Shown here: in pieces, positions 29,535 through 40,100 of the stretch
How the letters are laid out: each line of letters begins with the position of its first letter
Numbering within the stretch: position 1 is the stretch's first letter
Assembly (NCBI GenBank): GCA_034521595.1
Contig: JAXHMG010000003.1
Span: 3,039,006-3,103,005, forward strand
Reading direction: 5' to 3'
Origin: Gemmatimonadota bacterium
Lineage (GTDB): Bacteria; Gemmatimonadota; Gemmatimonadetes; Longimicrobiales; Gaopeijiaceae
DNA length: 64,000 nucleotides
The notes under the pieces: model-generated
What the model saw: only the letters and a program-made list of their open reading frames with translations
Told to the model about the DNA's origin: nothing
The model's database searches: none
Position numbers and translations under genes: made by a program

Positions 29535-30338
29535 TCAAGCCATCGGGTTCAACCCCGACTCGTGGCGGCGTCGGAGATGGACCAACCCGAGGCCCCCGAG
29601 ACCCATGGCGAACAGCAGCCATGTGGTGGGCTCGGGAACCCTGACCGGCTCGCAGTTGAGCTTTCCACCGCCCGTGATGCACTGGAGGGAATCGTCGTCA
29701 CCCTCGACCGCTCTGGCCGAAGACGAGCAGCTCGCAGGTGGCGACGATCCCACGTCGCCGGTCGATGTCGAACGTCGATGGTGATCCCGAGTCCGGCGTT
29801 CGCGTTCGGCGTCGTTGCGCGAAGCTGTCGTACCGCAGGGATTCAGCCACACGTCGTTGCCGCCGGCCGGAAGCAGGTCGAGGTCGCATCCGCCCGCGAT
29901 CCCGTTGTCGACACCGTTCCCGTTGTGCGCGGCGAGGTCGAGCACGACGCCGCCTGCGTTGTTCGGGTTCCCGAGCTGCCACGGCGTCGCCGAGCCCTCG
30001 GTGGGTCCGCTCATCTCGAGGGAGCCGCCGATCGCATTCGCCGCGATGCCGCCACCCCGCCGGTAGTTCTGGTGAAAGAAGCCGACCTTCGTGAAGACCG
30101 TACCTTCGTAGGAGTCGTTCATCCCCGAGAGGTTCCAGACCTTCATGGTCACGGCCGACTGGTCGTCGACGCGTCGGCCGTGCCGACCGTCAGCGAACAC
30201 CGAGGCGCAGGTGTCGAACGAGGTGCTGTTGCCGCCGCAGACGAGCCAATCCTTCGCCTGCTGGGCTTCGGACGCGGTCGGGGCGGCGAACAACGCCAGC
30301 GCCGCGAGCGCGCCCCAGGTCCAGATGAGCTTCTTCAT
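29535..30338 (-). CDS. PEP-CTERM sorting domain protein
   Basis: Signal peptide (..TASEA), C-terminal VPEPTTWLLFAMGLGGLGLVHLRRRH; probable compensating indels around 29720-29830. Confidence 0.9.
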   Translation of the reverse strand: MKKLIWTWGALAALALFAAPTASEAQQAKDWLVCGGNSTSFDTCASVFADGRHGRRVDDQSAVTMKVWNLSGMNDSYEGTVFTKVGFFHQNYRRGGGIAANAIGGSLEMSGPTEGSATPWQLGNPNNAGGVVLDLAAHNGNGVDNGIAGGCDLDLLPAGGNDVWLNPCGTTASRNDAERERRTRDHHRRSTSTGDVGSSPPASCSSSARAVEGDDDSLQCITGGGKLNCEPVRVPEPTTWLLFAMGLGGLGLVHLRRRHESGLNPMA

Positions 30339-30394
30339 GTTGCGTCCCGTTGTGAGAGCCGAGCCAGCCGTGGTGCACCGGACCCGGACACAAT

Positions 30395-30410
30395 TGCAAC
30401 CTCCGTGCCC
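30395..30410 (-). promoter_or_regulatory. Sigma-54 (-24/-12) promoter of the PEP-CTERM gene
   Basis: Minus strand GGGCACGGAGGTTGCA matches TGGCACGNNNNTTGCW apart from the first base. Confidence 0.75.
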
Positions 30411-30472
30411 GCGCTGGATCCCCTGAAAACGGCGGATTTCCGGGGTCCGACGGATGCGAGCGGCCGGCGTGT

Positions 30473-30490
30473 TGTGGGTCGTGCGCCACA
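30473..30490. promoter_or_regulatory. Candidate enhancer-binding-protein site
   Basis: Dyad TGTGG-N8-CCACA (TGT-N12-ACA) about 60 bp upstream of the -24 element. Confidence 0.4.
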
Positions 30491-30529
30491 GGTTGTTGCG
30501 GTGTATCCACCACGCGGACGGCGCCGGCG

Positions 30530-31570
30530 TCAGGGCTCGAGGCCGAACTCCGAGGCGGAGCGGACCAGGAGCCGCCAGCGCACGTTCCCGCTCCCGTCGT
30601 CGTACGGCGCGAGGAGGCCGACGGCCTGTGAGACGACGTCTTCCTCGTCCGGCTGGACGGGAAAGCCGAGGAACGCTCGCAGCACGACCTCGACCGGTCC
30701 GCTGCCGTCGTCGGCGGTGAAGTGGAAGTCTCCGGTCGCCTCGACGGTCATCGTGTCCGACACCTCCGCGGAGCGGATGCGCACGAGCGCGGCGTCGAGC
30801 GGGCCGCCGCCAGCGGTCGCGGCGTCTCCGGTCGAGATCTCTCGGGGGACCGGGACGCGGGCCTGCGGGATGAGGATGATGGGCGTGACGTCGTCGAGGG
30901 CGGGCCGTCCGTCCCGCCTCGCGGTGCGGCCGAGGAAGCGCACCGAGTCGCCCACGGCGACCGCCGGGGTGCGGCCCACGTCCGTCGCCTGCAGGTAGGC
31001 CTCCTCGCCCTCCAGGAAGACCCGCCCGTCGCTGAACGACTGGCGCGGGTTGAGCGCGATGCCGCTGGTGAACACCCGCCGGCCGGGCTCGGCCTCGCGG
31101 ACCTCCTCGATCGGGAGCTCCGGATAGGTCGCGCCGAGGACGACCTCGTTGGCGGTGTCCATCGTGACCTGGAAGGGCTCCGCCTCATCGACGGCGAGCA
31201 GCGAGTCGCCGAGCACGTCCTCGGCGAGGGTCACCGTGTAGGTGCCGACCGGGACTTCCTCGAACACGAAGAGGCCTTCGGCGTCGGTCTCGGTCTCGAT
31301 GACGCTCGTCCCTCCGGCGGCGGCGGTGAGCACCACGGAGGCGTCCGCGACGGGGTCGTCGGGCCCGTCCGCGGTCTCGTTTCCGTTCAGGTCGAGGTAG
31401 GCCTGCCCGGCCACGGCGCCGCTCGCGGAGATCTCGAGACGCTCGACGTCGGTCGCGTCCGTGCAGGCGCCGAGCGCCACGGCCAGGATGGCGCACGTCC
31501 AGAAGCCGCCCCCCGCTCGTCCGAGCGCGCTCCGCCACCGCTCCATCGCGTCCATCGCGCGCGCCCTCAT
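30530..31570 (-). CDS. Lipoprotein with SdrD-B/Cna-like domain and probable OB-fold domains
   Basis: Lipobox LGAC; AYLDLNGN..TETDAEGLFVFEEVPVGTYTV; LDAALVRI; ATGA overlap with receptor stop. Confidence 0.72.
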   Translation of the reverse strand: MRARAMDAMERWRSALGRAGGGFWTCAILAVALGACTDATDVERLEISASGAVAGQAYLDLNGNETADGPDDPVADASVVLTAAAGGTSVIETETDAEGLFVFEEVPVGTYTVTLAEDVLGDSLLAVDEAEPFQVTMDTANEVVLGATYPELPIEEVREAEPGRRVFTSGIALNPRQSFSDGRVFLEGEEAYLQATDVGRTPAVAVGDSVRFLGRTARRDGRPALDDVTPIILIPQARVPVPREISTGDAATAGGGPLDAALVRIRSAEVSDTMTVEATGDFHFTADDGSGPVEVVLRAFLGFPVQPDEEDVVSQAVGLLAPYDDGSGNVRWRLLVRSASEFGLEP

Positions 31571-34500
31571 CCGCCGATCCTCAGACCGACGCGGAGCATG
31601 CGGCCGCGGCTCGTCGGCACGACGACCCGTCCGAAGTCCGGGTTGAGCTCGAGGGGGATCGTCACCCGCTCGCCCCCGCCCGAGACCGTGAGGTCGGCGT
31701 CGGGGTCGACCCGCAGGAGCGCTTCGTCGATGATGCCCTGCTCGGATTCGATCAGGTTGAGTCCCTCCACGAAGAGTCCGGCGTTCTGTCCGCCGAGGCT
31801 GCCCAGACCGAGCCGGATGCGCACCGACAGGTCGTGGCTCGCCGGGCCGCGGCACGAGTTCCGCACGGCGAACCCGCCGGATTGGTTGCGCAGGCACTTC
31901 CAGTCCGCATGGAGCGTGCCGAGCTCGTCGGGCTGCGGTACGAACGGGACGTCGTTCTCGAACGAGCCGTCCCCGTTGGCGTCCGTGCCCCGCCGGTACC
32001 GGGGGGTGAACGGGCGGCCGGAGGCGTAGCGGTAGGTCGCGGCGACGGTGGTTCCGGGCCACGAGGGCACCCGCAGGACCGCCGACGCGGTCACGCGGTC
32101 GGGGACGTCGTAGTCCGACCGGGCTTCCGCCCAGTCGCCGACGTGGTCGGGGAGCAGCGGGTCGAGCTCGGCGTCGGCCGAGGCGCGCGCGGCCCCGATC
32201 CAGTTGTCGATCGTCTCGGAGCGCGTGAACGCGCCGTAGAGGTCGAGTCGGTCGCTCCGGTATTCGAGGCCCGCCGTCACGGCCCGGTGCTCCGACCAAC
32301 CGTCGGGGTCGAGCGCCCACACGCTCCCGAACTCCGGGAAGCGGCGGGCGTCGTCGCCGGTCGCGGTCACGAGCGCGCCGTTTTTGGCGAGCGTGCCGTA
32401 GACGTCCTGCGCCGCCTGATTCCTCGCGGTCGGTGCGGTGGGGAGGTTGAGGTCGCGCCGGCGCATCAGGAAGTCGGTGCGGCGGAAGTTGCCCTCGACG
32501 TGCACGGAGAGACCGCCCGCGATCTCGCGGACCACGCCGGCGCTCGCGCGGAGCGAGCGCGGGGGCCGGGCGTCGGGCCCGAGAAGCGCGAGGGTCGGGA
32601 GCTCGCTCGCCGTCCCGGGGATGGTTCCCTCCGGCCAGGCCAGCCCGGAGCCCATGTGGCGGGCGGTCTCCACGCCGCCGTCGAGCGCGAACGCCTCGAA
32701 CAGGTTCCGGGGGTCGATGTCGCCGAAGTGGAGCGAGCCGACGCCGAACAGCCGCGTGCGTCCGTCGGCCGCGGGATCCCAGGAGATGGAGCCGCGTCCG
32801 CCGATCCTCGGAAAGCTGGAGGGATACTGGTCGTTCGCGAGGCCGGAGGTCTCGAGCCAGGCCTCGGCGAGCGCGGGCCCGTCGGCGGGGATCCGCTCGT
32901 ATTCGCCCCGGGCGCCCACCGAGAGCTCCAGGCCGGGCGAAGGGGTCACGTCGTACTGCGCGAAGGCGCCGAACTCGCGCGTCGTGAACGACGCCTCGGC
33001 CGCGTCCGCGCTCCGCGCGAACCCGCGTCCGTCGAGCAGCGCCGCGGCGTCGCTGAACAGGAAGTCGCCGGCGCCCCAGGTGGTGGTCCGCATGTCGTGG
33101 CGGGCCGCGCGGGCCGAAAGGCCGCCCTTCACCGCGCCGGACGCGCCGAGGTCGAGCCGCGCCATGGGGATGAAGATCGCGTCGGTGCGCGAGGTCTCGG
33201 CCGGCACTCCGGGGATGGCGCCGAGCGTGATGCCCGGCTCGGCGAGGTAGGCCGACGGCAGGTCGGGCACCGCGGAGGTGAACGTCCGGTCGCTCCCGGA
33301 CACCCCGCCGCGCAGCTCGAGGGTGAGCCCGGGGCGGATCCGACTCAGGAAGCTGCTCACCAGGGAGAACTCGGTGGAGGTCTCGTCGACCCCCGCGGCG
33401 GGCGCGGGGAGCGGGCCGGCTCCGTCGAAGGTGCGCTCCGAGTAGGTGAGCGCGCCGCGGAAGAAGACGCGGCTCTCGTCGCTCGGCTGCGTATAGAACC
33501 GTCCGAGCCCCGAGAACCGCGAGATGCGCTCGACGGAGGGGGCGGCCAGCGAGATCAGCGTCTCCGGATCGAGGCCGTCGAGCTCGTCCTGGAGCTCCGG
33601 TCCCACGCGGGGCGCGAGCGGGCTCTCGTGCTGGATCGCCTCGGAGGCGATCAGGAGCTGTGTCGTGTCCTGCTTGATGTCGAAGGCCGCCCGGCCCCCG
33701 GCCTGGTACGACAGCAGGTCGGGCGTGGCGTCGAGGTCGAGCTCGTCGGACGACCAGAGCGGCCGGCCGCTCCACGATCCTTCCATCTCGGCGCCCGGAC
33801 CCGCCACCCCCGACCGGGTGGAGAGCGTCGCGTAGCCGCCCGCCGCGCCCGTCCACTCCACGTCCGAGGCGTTGTGGAAGGCCGTCACGGAGGAGATGAG
33901 CGTGCGCGGGAAGAACGCGTCGGCGAGGTGCTCCGAGCGCCGGGTCGGGTGCTCCGCCCGGTAGACCGGGAGGCCGTCGGCCACGAGCACCGTCATGGAG
34001 CTCGGGAGCCCCTGGCTGCCGAGCGCGTCGTCGAAGGTGGAGGAGCGGGCGACGATGCCCCCGAGGTCCTCGAAGCGGTAGGGAAGCAGGTCCACGTCGG
34101 CGCCGGCGAGGCGGAGCCCGCCCGGACGGGTCCGGTTGGCGGTGGTGCTCCCGATCGCGACCGTGTCGATGGCCGTGACCGGCGGGGTCGCCATCTGCAC
34201 CGTGAGCGGAATCCGCACCACGTCGCCCCCGGCCAGCTCGAGCGTGCGCGCCACCAGCGGCGCGTAGCCGATGGCTTCCGCGCGGATCTCGTACGTGCCC
34301 GGCGCGGCGAGCGGGAAGGCGTAGGTCCCGTCGTTGCCCGTCACGGCCTCCCGCGTCGTGCCGCCCGCGACGGCCTCGAGCGTGACCACCGTGCGCGGAA
34401 CCGGCTGTCCGGAGCCGTCCGTGACCACGCCGCTCACCGAAGCGGAGATCACGGACTGGCCCGCGAGGGGGGCGGAGCCCAGGGCGCCGCACAGCACCAC

Positions 34501-34635
34501 GACGGCGCACGCCGGCGCGATGCGCGACGCCAGGGCGGGTCGGATTCTCGATTGCAAGGCGATGGCTCGGATGGCTCGGGGTGGGGTGGTCGGTCCGAGA
34601 GGCGGATAAGAAACATACGGCGGAGCGAGCGCCAT
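31567..34635 (-). CDS. TonB-dependent receptor (Oar-like) with carboxypeptidase-regulatory domain; start uncertain (34557 TTG alternative)
   Basis: VSGVVTDGSGQPV..GTYEIRAEAIGY; FAQY..LELSVGAR, PRIG..WD, DANGDG..ND, C-terminal RMLRVGLRI strand. Confidence 0.82.
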   Translation of the reverse strand: MALAPPYVSYPPLGPTTPPRAIRAIALQSRIRPALASRIAPACAVVVLCGALGSAPLAGQSVISASVSGVVTDGSGQPVPRTVVTLEAVAGGTTREAVTGNDGTYAFPLAAPGTYEIRAEAIGYAPLVARTLELAGGDVVRIPLTVQMATPPVTAIDTVAIGSTTANRTRPGGLRLAGADVDLLPYRFEDLGGIVARSSTFDDALGSQGLPSSMTVLVADGLPVYRAEHPTRRSEHLADAFFPRTLISSVTAFHNASDVEWTGAAGGYATLSTRSGVAGPGAEMEGSWSGRPLWSSDELDLDATPDLLSYQAGGRAAFDIKQDTTQLLIASEAIQHESPLAPRVGPELQDELDGLDPETLISLAAPSVERISRFSGLGRFYTQPSDESRVFFRGALTYSERTFDGAGPLPAPAAGVDETSTEFSLVSSFLSRIRPGLTLELRGGVSGSDRTFTSAVPDLPSAYLAEPGITLGAIPGVPAETSRTDAIFIPMARLDLGASGAVKGGLSARAARHDMRTTTWGAGDFLFSDAAALLDGRGFARSADAAEASFTTREFGAFAQYDVTPSPGLELSVGARGEYERIPADGPALAEAWLETSGLANDQYPSSFPRIGGRGSISWDPAADGRTRLFGVGSLHFGDIDPRNLFEAFALDGGVETARHMGSGLAWPEGTIPGTASELPTLALLGPDARPPRSLRASAGVVREIAGGLSVHVEGNFRRTDFLMRRRDLNLPTAPTARNQAAQDVYGTLAKNGALVTATGDDARRFPEFGSVWALDPDGWSEHRAVTAGLEYRSDRLDLYGAFTRSETIDNWIGAARASADAELDPLLPDHVGDWAEARSDYDVPDRVTASAVLRVPSWPGTTVAATYRYASGRPFTPRYRRGTDANGDGSFENDVPFVPQPDELGTLHADWKCLRNQSGGFAVRNSCRGPASHDLSVRIRLGLGSLGGQNAGLFVEGLNLIESEQGIIDEALLRVDPDADLTVSGGGERVTIPLELNPDFGRVVVPTSRGRMLRVGLRIGG

Positions 34636-34741
34636 GCCACCATGCTTGACCCGGGCACCGGCGTCAACGATGATCCCGCGCGCGCCCCGGACCACCATGT
34701 GCCGGGGCCTCGTTCGTCCCCGCCACACGCGACGCGATCCC

Positions 34742-35965
34742 TTGGCCCGCATCCTCGTCACCGACGGTGAGCAGCGCTCGAGCCTGGCGGCGGTCCGCTC
34801 GCTCGGCCGGGCCGGACACGAGGTGCTCGTGTGCTCGGCCCGGCGGCGTCCGTTGGCCGGCGCGTCGCGGTACGCACGGAGCGTGCACCGGGTGAGCGAT
34901 CCGCTCGAGGGGCCCGACGCGTTCCGAGGCGAGGTCGCGGCGGTCGTCGAGCAGGAGGGCGTCGACGTCCTGCTGCCGATGACCGACATCTCGGTGCCGC
35001 TCCTCCTCCCGCTCCGCGAGCGCATCCCCGGGCTCCTGCTCCCGTTCCCCGAGGCGTCGGTCTACGAAGGGATCTCCGACAAGCGCAACCTGATGGAGGT
35101 CGCGGGCGCCGCCGGCGTGCCGGTGCCGCGGCAGATGGTGGTGGAGACCCGGGAGGCGGGCGCGTCGATGGGGCCCGAAGCACCGTTCGAGCCCCACACG
35201 CCCGTCGTGCTCAAGCCCGCCCGGTCCGCCGTGGTGCGTGCCGGCGGCGTCCAGCGCTTCGGCGTGCGCATGCTCGACCGCGCCGGCGACCTGGAGGCCG
35301 CGCTACGCGGGTTCCCGGACGAGGCGTTCCCCGTGCTCGTCCAGGAGCGGATCACCGGACCCGGGCTGGGCGCGTTCGTGCTCGCGGAAGGCGGGCGCAC
35401 GCTCGCGACCTTCGGACACCGGCGCATCCGCGAGAAGCCGCCCACGGGCGGCGTGAGCGTCTACCGGGAAGCCGTCCCCCTCCGCGCTGACGTCCGCGCG
35501 CACGCCGAGACGATCCTGGAGGCCTTCGGATGGACCGGCGTGGCGATGGTCGAGTTCAAGGAGGACGCCGCCACCGGCACGCCCTACCTCATGGAGGTGA
35601 ACGGCCGCTTCTGGGGCTCGCTCCAGCTCGCCGTCGATGCCGGGGTGGACTTCCCGAGGATGCTGGTGGAGCTGGCGCTGGAGGAGGGCGGGGCCTCCGA
35701 GGGGCCGGGCGGGCAGGCGGCGGAGCCCCGCTCGGGCGTCCGCAGCCGCTGGCTCTGGGGCGACGTGGACCACCTGCTCTGGATCCTGCTCCGTGGACGC
35801 AAGGCGCGCGTCGCGCATCCCACGCTGCCCACGTCCCTCCAGGCGCTCGGCCGCTTCCTCGTGCCGTGGCGGCCCGGCGACCGGTTCGAGGTCCTGCGCC
35901 TCTCCGATCCCGGTCCGTTCCTGCGGGAGTCGGTGCAGTGGGTCGGGGGGGTGTTGGGGCGGTGA
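34742..35965 (+). CDS. ATP-grasp domain ligase (EPS-locus associated)
   Basis: ILVTDG..AAVRSLGRAG, PVVLKP, VLVQERITG, RIREKPPTGGVS, VAMVEFK, LMEVNGRFWGSLQLA. Confidence 0.88.
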   Translation: MARILVTDGEQRSSLAAVRSLGRAGHEVLVCSARRRPLAGASRYARSVHRVSDPLEGPDAFRGEVAAVVEQEGVDVLLPMTDISVPLLLPLRERIPGLLLPFPEASVYEGISDKRNLMEVAGAAGVPVPRQMVVETREAGASMGPEAPFEPHTPVVLKPARSAVVRAGGVQRFGVRMLDRAGDLEAALRGFPDEAFPVLVQERITGPGLGAFVLAEGGRTLATFGHRRIREKPPTGGVSVYREAVPLRADVRAHAETILEAFGWTGVAMVEFKEDAATGTPYLMEVNGRFWGSLQLAVDAGVDFPRMLVELALEEGGASEGPGGQAAEPRSGVRSRWLWGDVDHLLWILLRGRKARVAHPTLPTSLQALGRFLVPWRPGDRFEVLRLSDPGPFLRESVQWVGGVLGR

Positions 35966-36018
35966 AGTGGCTCAGCTAGCCCTCCAGCGGTCGTGCGCCC
36001 TCCTCTGCACGACGCACG

Positions 36019-36044
36019 GCATCAAATGGTGTATATTATGATGC
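36019..36044. promoter_or_regulatory. Inverted repeat over -10 box, likely vapBC operator
   Basis: GCATCA-N14-TGATGC enclosing TATATTAT upstream of vapB. Confidence 0.5.
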
Positions 36045-36071
36045 ACACGAGGCTTGCAGAGGAGATCCGAC

Positions 36072-36270
36072 ATGCGCACCACCATTAACCTGGATGAGGA
36101 CCTCCTGCAGGAGGCGCAGAGGCTCTCGGGCACCGAGGGGCGTACCGCGTTGATTCGGGAAGGCCTCAAGGCGCTCATCGAGCGAGAGTCGGCGCGTCGG
36201 CTGGCGAGGCTTGGTGGAAGTGATCCGGACCTCGGACGTACCGCCGCGCCGGAGGCCGTCGCCCCGGTGA
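36072..36270 (+). CDS. vapB: VapB-type antitoxin (1-nt frameshift near 36234)
   Basis: MRTTINLDEDLL..ALIREGLKALIERESARRLARLGGSDPDL; removing one G gives DVPPRRRPSPR* overlapping the next ATG. Confidence 0.8.
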
Positions 36271-36410
36271 TGCTGGTGGATACGTCGATGTACACCTGCT
36301 TGCGTCGACTGCGTTCAGCGGGTGACCTGGCGCCTGTGGAGCCGGGTCGGCCGTCTAGCGGAGGTTGCGTCGGAGTTGGGGCTCGCCTTCGACCGTCCAG
36401 GAGGGATGAA
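36270..36410 (+). pseudogene. vapC: vapC PIN toxin with most of the gene internally deleted
   Basis: Starts MLVDTS; overlapping frames read GYVDVHLLAST and LWSRVGRLAEVASELGLAF, the PIN C-terminus. Confidence 0.7.
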
Positions 36411-36422
36411 GGCCGGTGGATT

Positions 36423-36520
36423 CAGCGCCCGCGCCACCTCTTCCACGCACCGCTCGATCCGCTCGGACGTGGGTCGAACTCCTGGCGCGGCTTGCCGCCG
36501 CCGAACCTCCGGCGCCCGGC
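36423..36520 (-). pseudogene. Remnant of LMW-PTP 3' end
   Basis: 39 bp identical to 53438-53476 and similar to 53512; encodes GKPR.EFD..RIERCVEEVARAL. Confidence 0.75.
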
Positions 36521-37129
36521 CCTTGATGCAAGACGCTCGCCTCAGCGAAGACAGCTTCGGGTTCCGCTCATTTGCTGGGCGTCGTCGAGTCTGGATGACA
36601 CCCACCCACCTTGCACCCTTCCTCCTGGCGAGCGGCCTGCAGTAGGAGGCCGATCTGGAGGTCAACGCCGGCGCATCAGGGTCATCGAGCCGGGGGAAGA
36701 GCTCGATCCGGAGCCTTGGGCTCGGCTCGAGGTGTACGCCGAGGGTGAGGTTGGTTTGATGGGCATCGACGTTCGGAGACTGATCTCGAGCGGCATGCCG
36801 GTCAACGACGCTCTGTTCACCATCGATCATGGTCCGCCTCCTGCGGGGAGGTGCTCGTCTCAGACGTTCACGGACGGATGCGGCTCGTACGCGCGGCGCC
36901 TGACGGCACTTTGTGGGTCGGAACGAGCAACGAGGATGGTCGGGGCGAGCCTCGCCCGGCGGAGACGTTATGTTGCGCCTTCATCCGCCCCCCGACGTGA
37001 GCGAACCTTAGCGCTGGCCTGAACGCTCGGTCCGCTATTTGCGACTTCAAGGATTGACGGCGCCTCGTTTCGTCGAGCGTTTCCGGTGTTCCCCAGAATT
37101 CGATCGCCACTGCTAGCAGGTCATTGTCG

Positions 37130-40100
37130 ATGAACCCCACCGCCTCGAGCGCACCCGCGCTCACGTCCATGCAATTGGGCATGCTCTACCACCATCTGGT
37201 GGACGGAGGCCCGGGGGCTCGATATCCTCCAGCTCGTCGTGGAGCTGCCTCACCGAGGTCGATTCGGAGCGGCTCCGCCGGGCCTGGCAGGTCGTGATCG
37301 ACCGACACGAGATGCTGCGCGCGAGCGTGGAGCGGGATGGCCGTAACCAGGCCTCCTGGAAGATCCACGAGACGGCTCCCCTTCCGTTCGAGATGCTCGA
37401 CTGGGAGGCAACGGCCGAGCACGAAGTCGAGGCGCGCTTCGAGTCATTCCTGCAAGATGACCGGGCGCGGGGCTTTCGACTCGATGATCCGCCGCTCACC
37501 CGTGTGACGCTCATGCGTTTGGCCGACGATCGATACCGGTGCGTTGCGACCGTGCCGCATATCGTTCTGGATGCCGGATCTTTCGTGCGTGTGCTCGACG
37601 AGGTGTTGCGTGTCTACGACGCCGAAGGCGTCCCGGACCTACCGCCGGCCCGCTCCTACACGACCTATCTCGACTGGCGCGCGAATCACGACGTGGAGGG
37701 CGCGGAAGCGTTCTGGAAGGACCTTCTACAGGGGTACCGCACGCCGATCGACGTGTCGGCCGGCGGGACCGAGGACGGCGGGACCCTCGAGATCTCTCGT
37801 GAGCTGCCGGAGGGCGTGACACGCCGCCTGACGGAGTTGGCGGAGCCCACGGGCGTGCGGTTGAGCGCCACCGTGCTCGCGGCCTGGTCGATGGTCCTCG
37901 CGAAGCTGGCTGGAGAGGACGACGTGGTCTTCGGGCAGACCCGCTCCGGGCGCCCGGGCACGGTCGAGGGCGCCGACGAGATGGTCGGCCTCTTCATCAA
38001 CACCGTTCCGACCCGGGCTCGACCTGCCGCCCGGCGTCCGCTCCGCGAGCTGCTCACCGAGATCCGTGAGCAGCAGGTCGGTGCTCCGGCCGTACGAGCA
38101 CACACCGCTGCCCGACATCCAGGCGTGGTGCGATCTCCCGCGGAATACCCCGCTCTTCCAGAGCATCGTCGTCTTCGACCGGGAGACGCTCGGCAGCCGC
38201 GTACGGGCGCTCGGAGGAGCATGGAGCGGCCGGGACGCTCACCTGCGCGAGAGGTTGGGGTCCGATCTGACGGTGCATGTGTACGGGGAGGATCCGATGC
38301 AGGTCGTGGCGGTCGCCGATGAGCGGAAGTTTGGAGCCGAGCGGGTTCGTACGATGCTCGATGCGCTCGAGGCCGTTCTCCACCAGATGGCAGAGCGCCC
38401 GGACGCGACGGTGGGCGATGACTCCCTGCTCCCTGCCGAACGTCGTGAGGAGGTCCTTCGAAGCTGGAACGCCACCGAGCACCCGCTGCCTCCCGCCAGG
38501 CGACCGTCCATGGACAGTTCCGGGAGCGCGCGGCGAAGGCCGCGGGGCGCCCGGCGCTTCGGGAAGGTGCCGTCCGCCTCACGTATGAGGAGCTCGATGG
38601 GCGCTCCAACAGCCTCGCCCGCCACCTGGTCGGCCTCGGTGTCGAGCCCGGAACGGTGGTGGGCTTGGTCGCCGAGCGCTCGGTAGACACGATCGTCGGG
38701 ATGCTCGGGATTCTGAAGGCGGGAGGGGCATATGTGCCTATCGACCCCTCGTTCCCGCAGGACCGAGTGGCGTTCATGATGGAGGACTCAGGGGTCGAGA
38801 TCCTGCTGTCGCCCCGGGCGCGGTTGGCGGACCTGCCGGAGCACGGCGCGCGAATCGTCCACCTCGATGGGGACGGACGGGCCTTCCGGGAAGACGACGC
38901 GGCGATCGACGCCAGGGGCGGACCCGAGGATCTGGCCTACGTGATGTACACGTCGGGCTCCACGGGTCGGCCGAAAGGGGTCGCGGTGGAACACCGCAAC
39001 GTCACCGCCTTCTTCACGGCAATGGATCAGCATCTCGGCACGGACCCGGGTGTCTGGTTGTCGGTCACCACGCTGTCCTTCGACATCTCCGTGCTCGAGT
39101 TGCTCTGGACGCTCACCCGCGGCTTCGAGGTCGTGCTGTACGACGACGAAAGATCCGTGCGACCCTCGGTGCCCGCCGGCGCTGCTTCACCCGCGACTAC
39201 CGAGTCGGCGGCGAAGCGCCATCGACTTCAGCCTCTTCGTACTTTTCCCGCCGACGGAGGCGCGGATCCCGACCGCAGGTACGAGCTCCTCATGGAAGGA
39301 GCGCGCTTCGCGGACCGGCATGGACTCAAGGCCGTATGGACGCCCGAGCGCCACTTCCACGCGTTCGGCGGCCTGTACCCGAATCCCGCGGTGACGGGAG
39401 CGGCCGTGGCGGCGGTCACCAGCCAGGTCGAGATCCGCTCCGGCAGCGTGGTGCTGCCGCTCCACCATCCGGCACGGGTGGCCGAGGAGTGGGGCGTGGT
39501 GGACAACATCTCGGGCGGCCGGGTCGGCGTCTCCTTTGCGTCCGGATGGCAGTCGGACGACTTCTGCCTCCGGCCGGACAACTACGAGAACCGGAAGGAG
39601 TACCTCTACGAGGCCATCGACACGGTGCGCCGGCTCTGGCGGGGCGAGACCCTCAGCTTTCCCGGCCCGAAGGGCGATGTCGAGGTGCGGACCCTCCCCA
39701 GGCCGGTGCAGGACGAGCTTTCCGGTCTGGGCGAGCCACGGCTGGCAGCGTCGACTCCTTCGAGTCGGCCGGCCGAGCGGGGGCGAACCTCCTGACGCAC
39801 CTGCTCGGACAATCGGTGGACGAGGTCACCGAGAAGATTCAGGTGTACCGCAATGCGCGCCGCGAGGCCGGCCACGAAGGGCCGGGCGTGGTGTCCGTCA
39901 TGCTCCACACTTTCGTGGGTGAGGACGACGATGCGGTGCGCGAGCGTGTGCGGGAGCCCATGAAGGCCTACCTGAGGACGGCCGTGGGCCTCATGAAGAA
40001 CTTCCAGCAGGCGTGGGAGATCTACCGCGACCGGTCGCGGCACAAGGATCGGGCCGAGGGCGGATTCGAGAGCCTGTCCGAGGAAGACATGGACTCGCTT

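Noticed and set aside
36054-37022. 322-aa VapB fusion protein
   Set aside because: Read-through from a 1-nt indel across vapC and LMW-PTP remnants; no coherent domain after about residue 60
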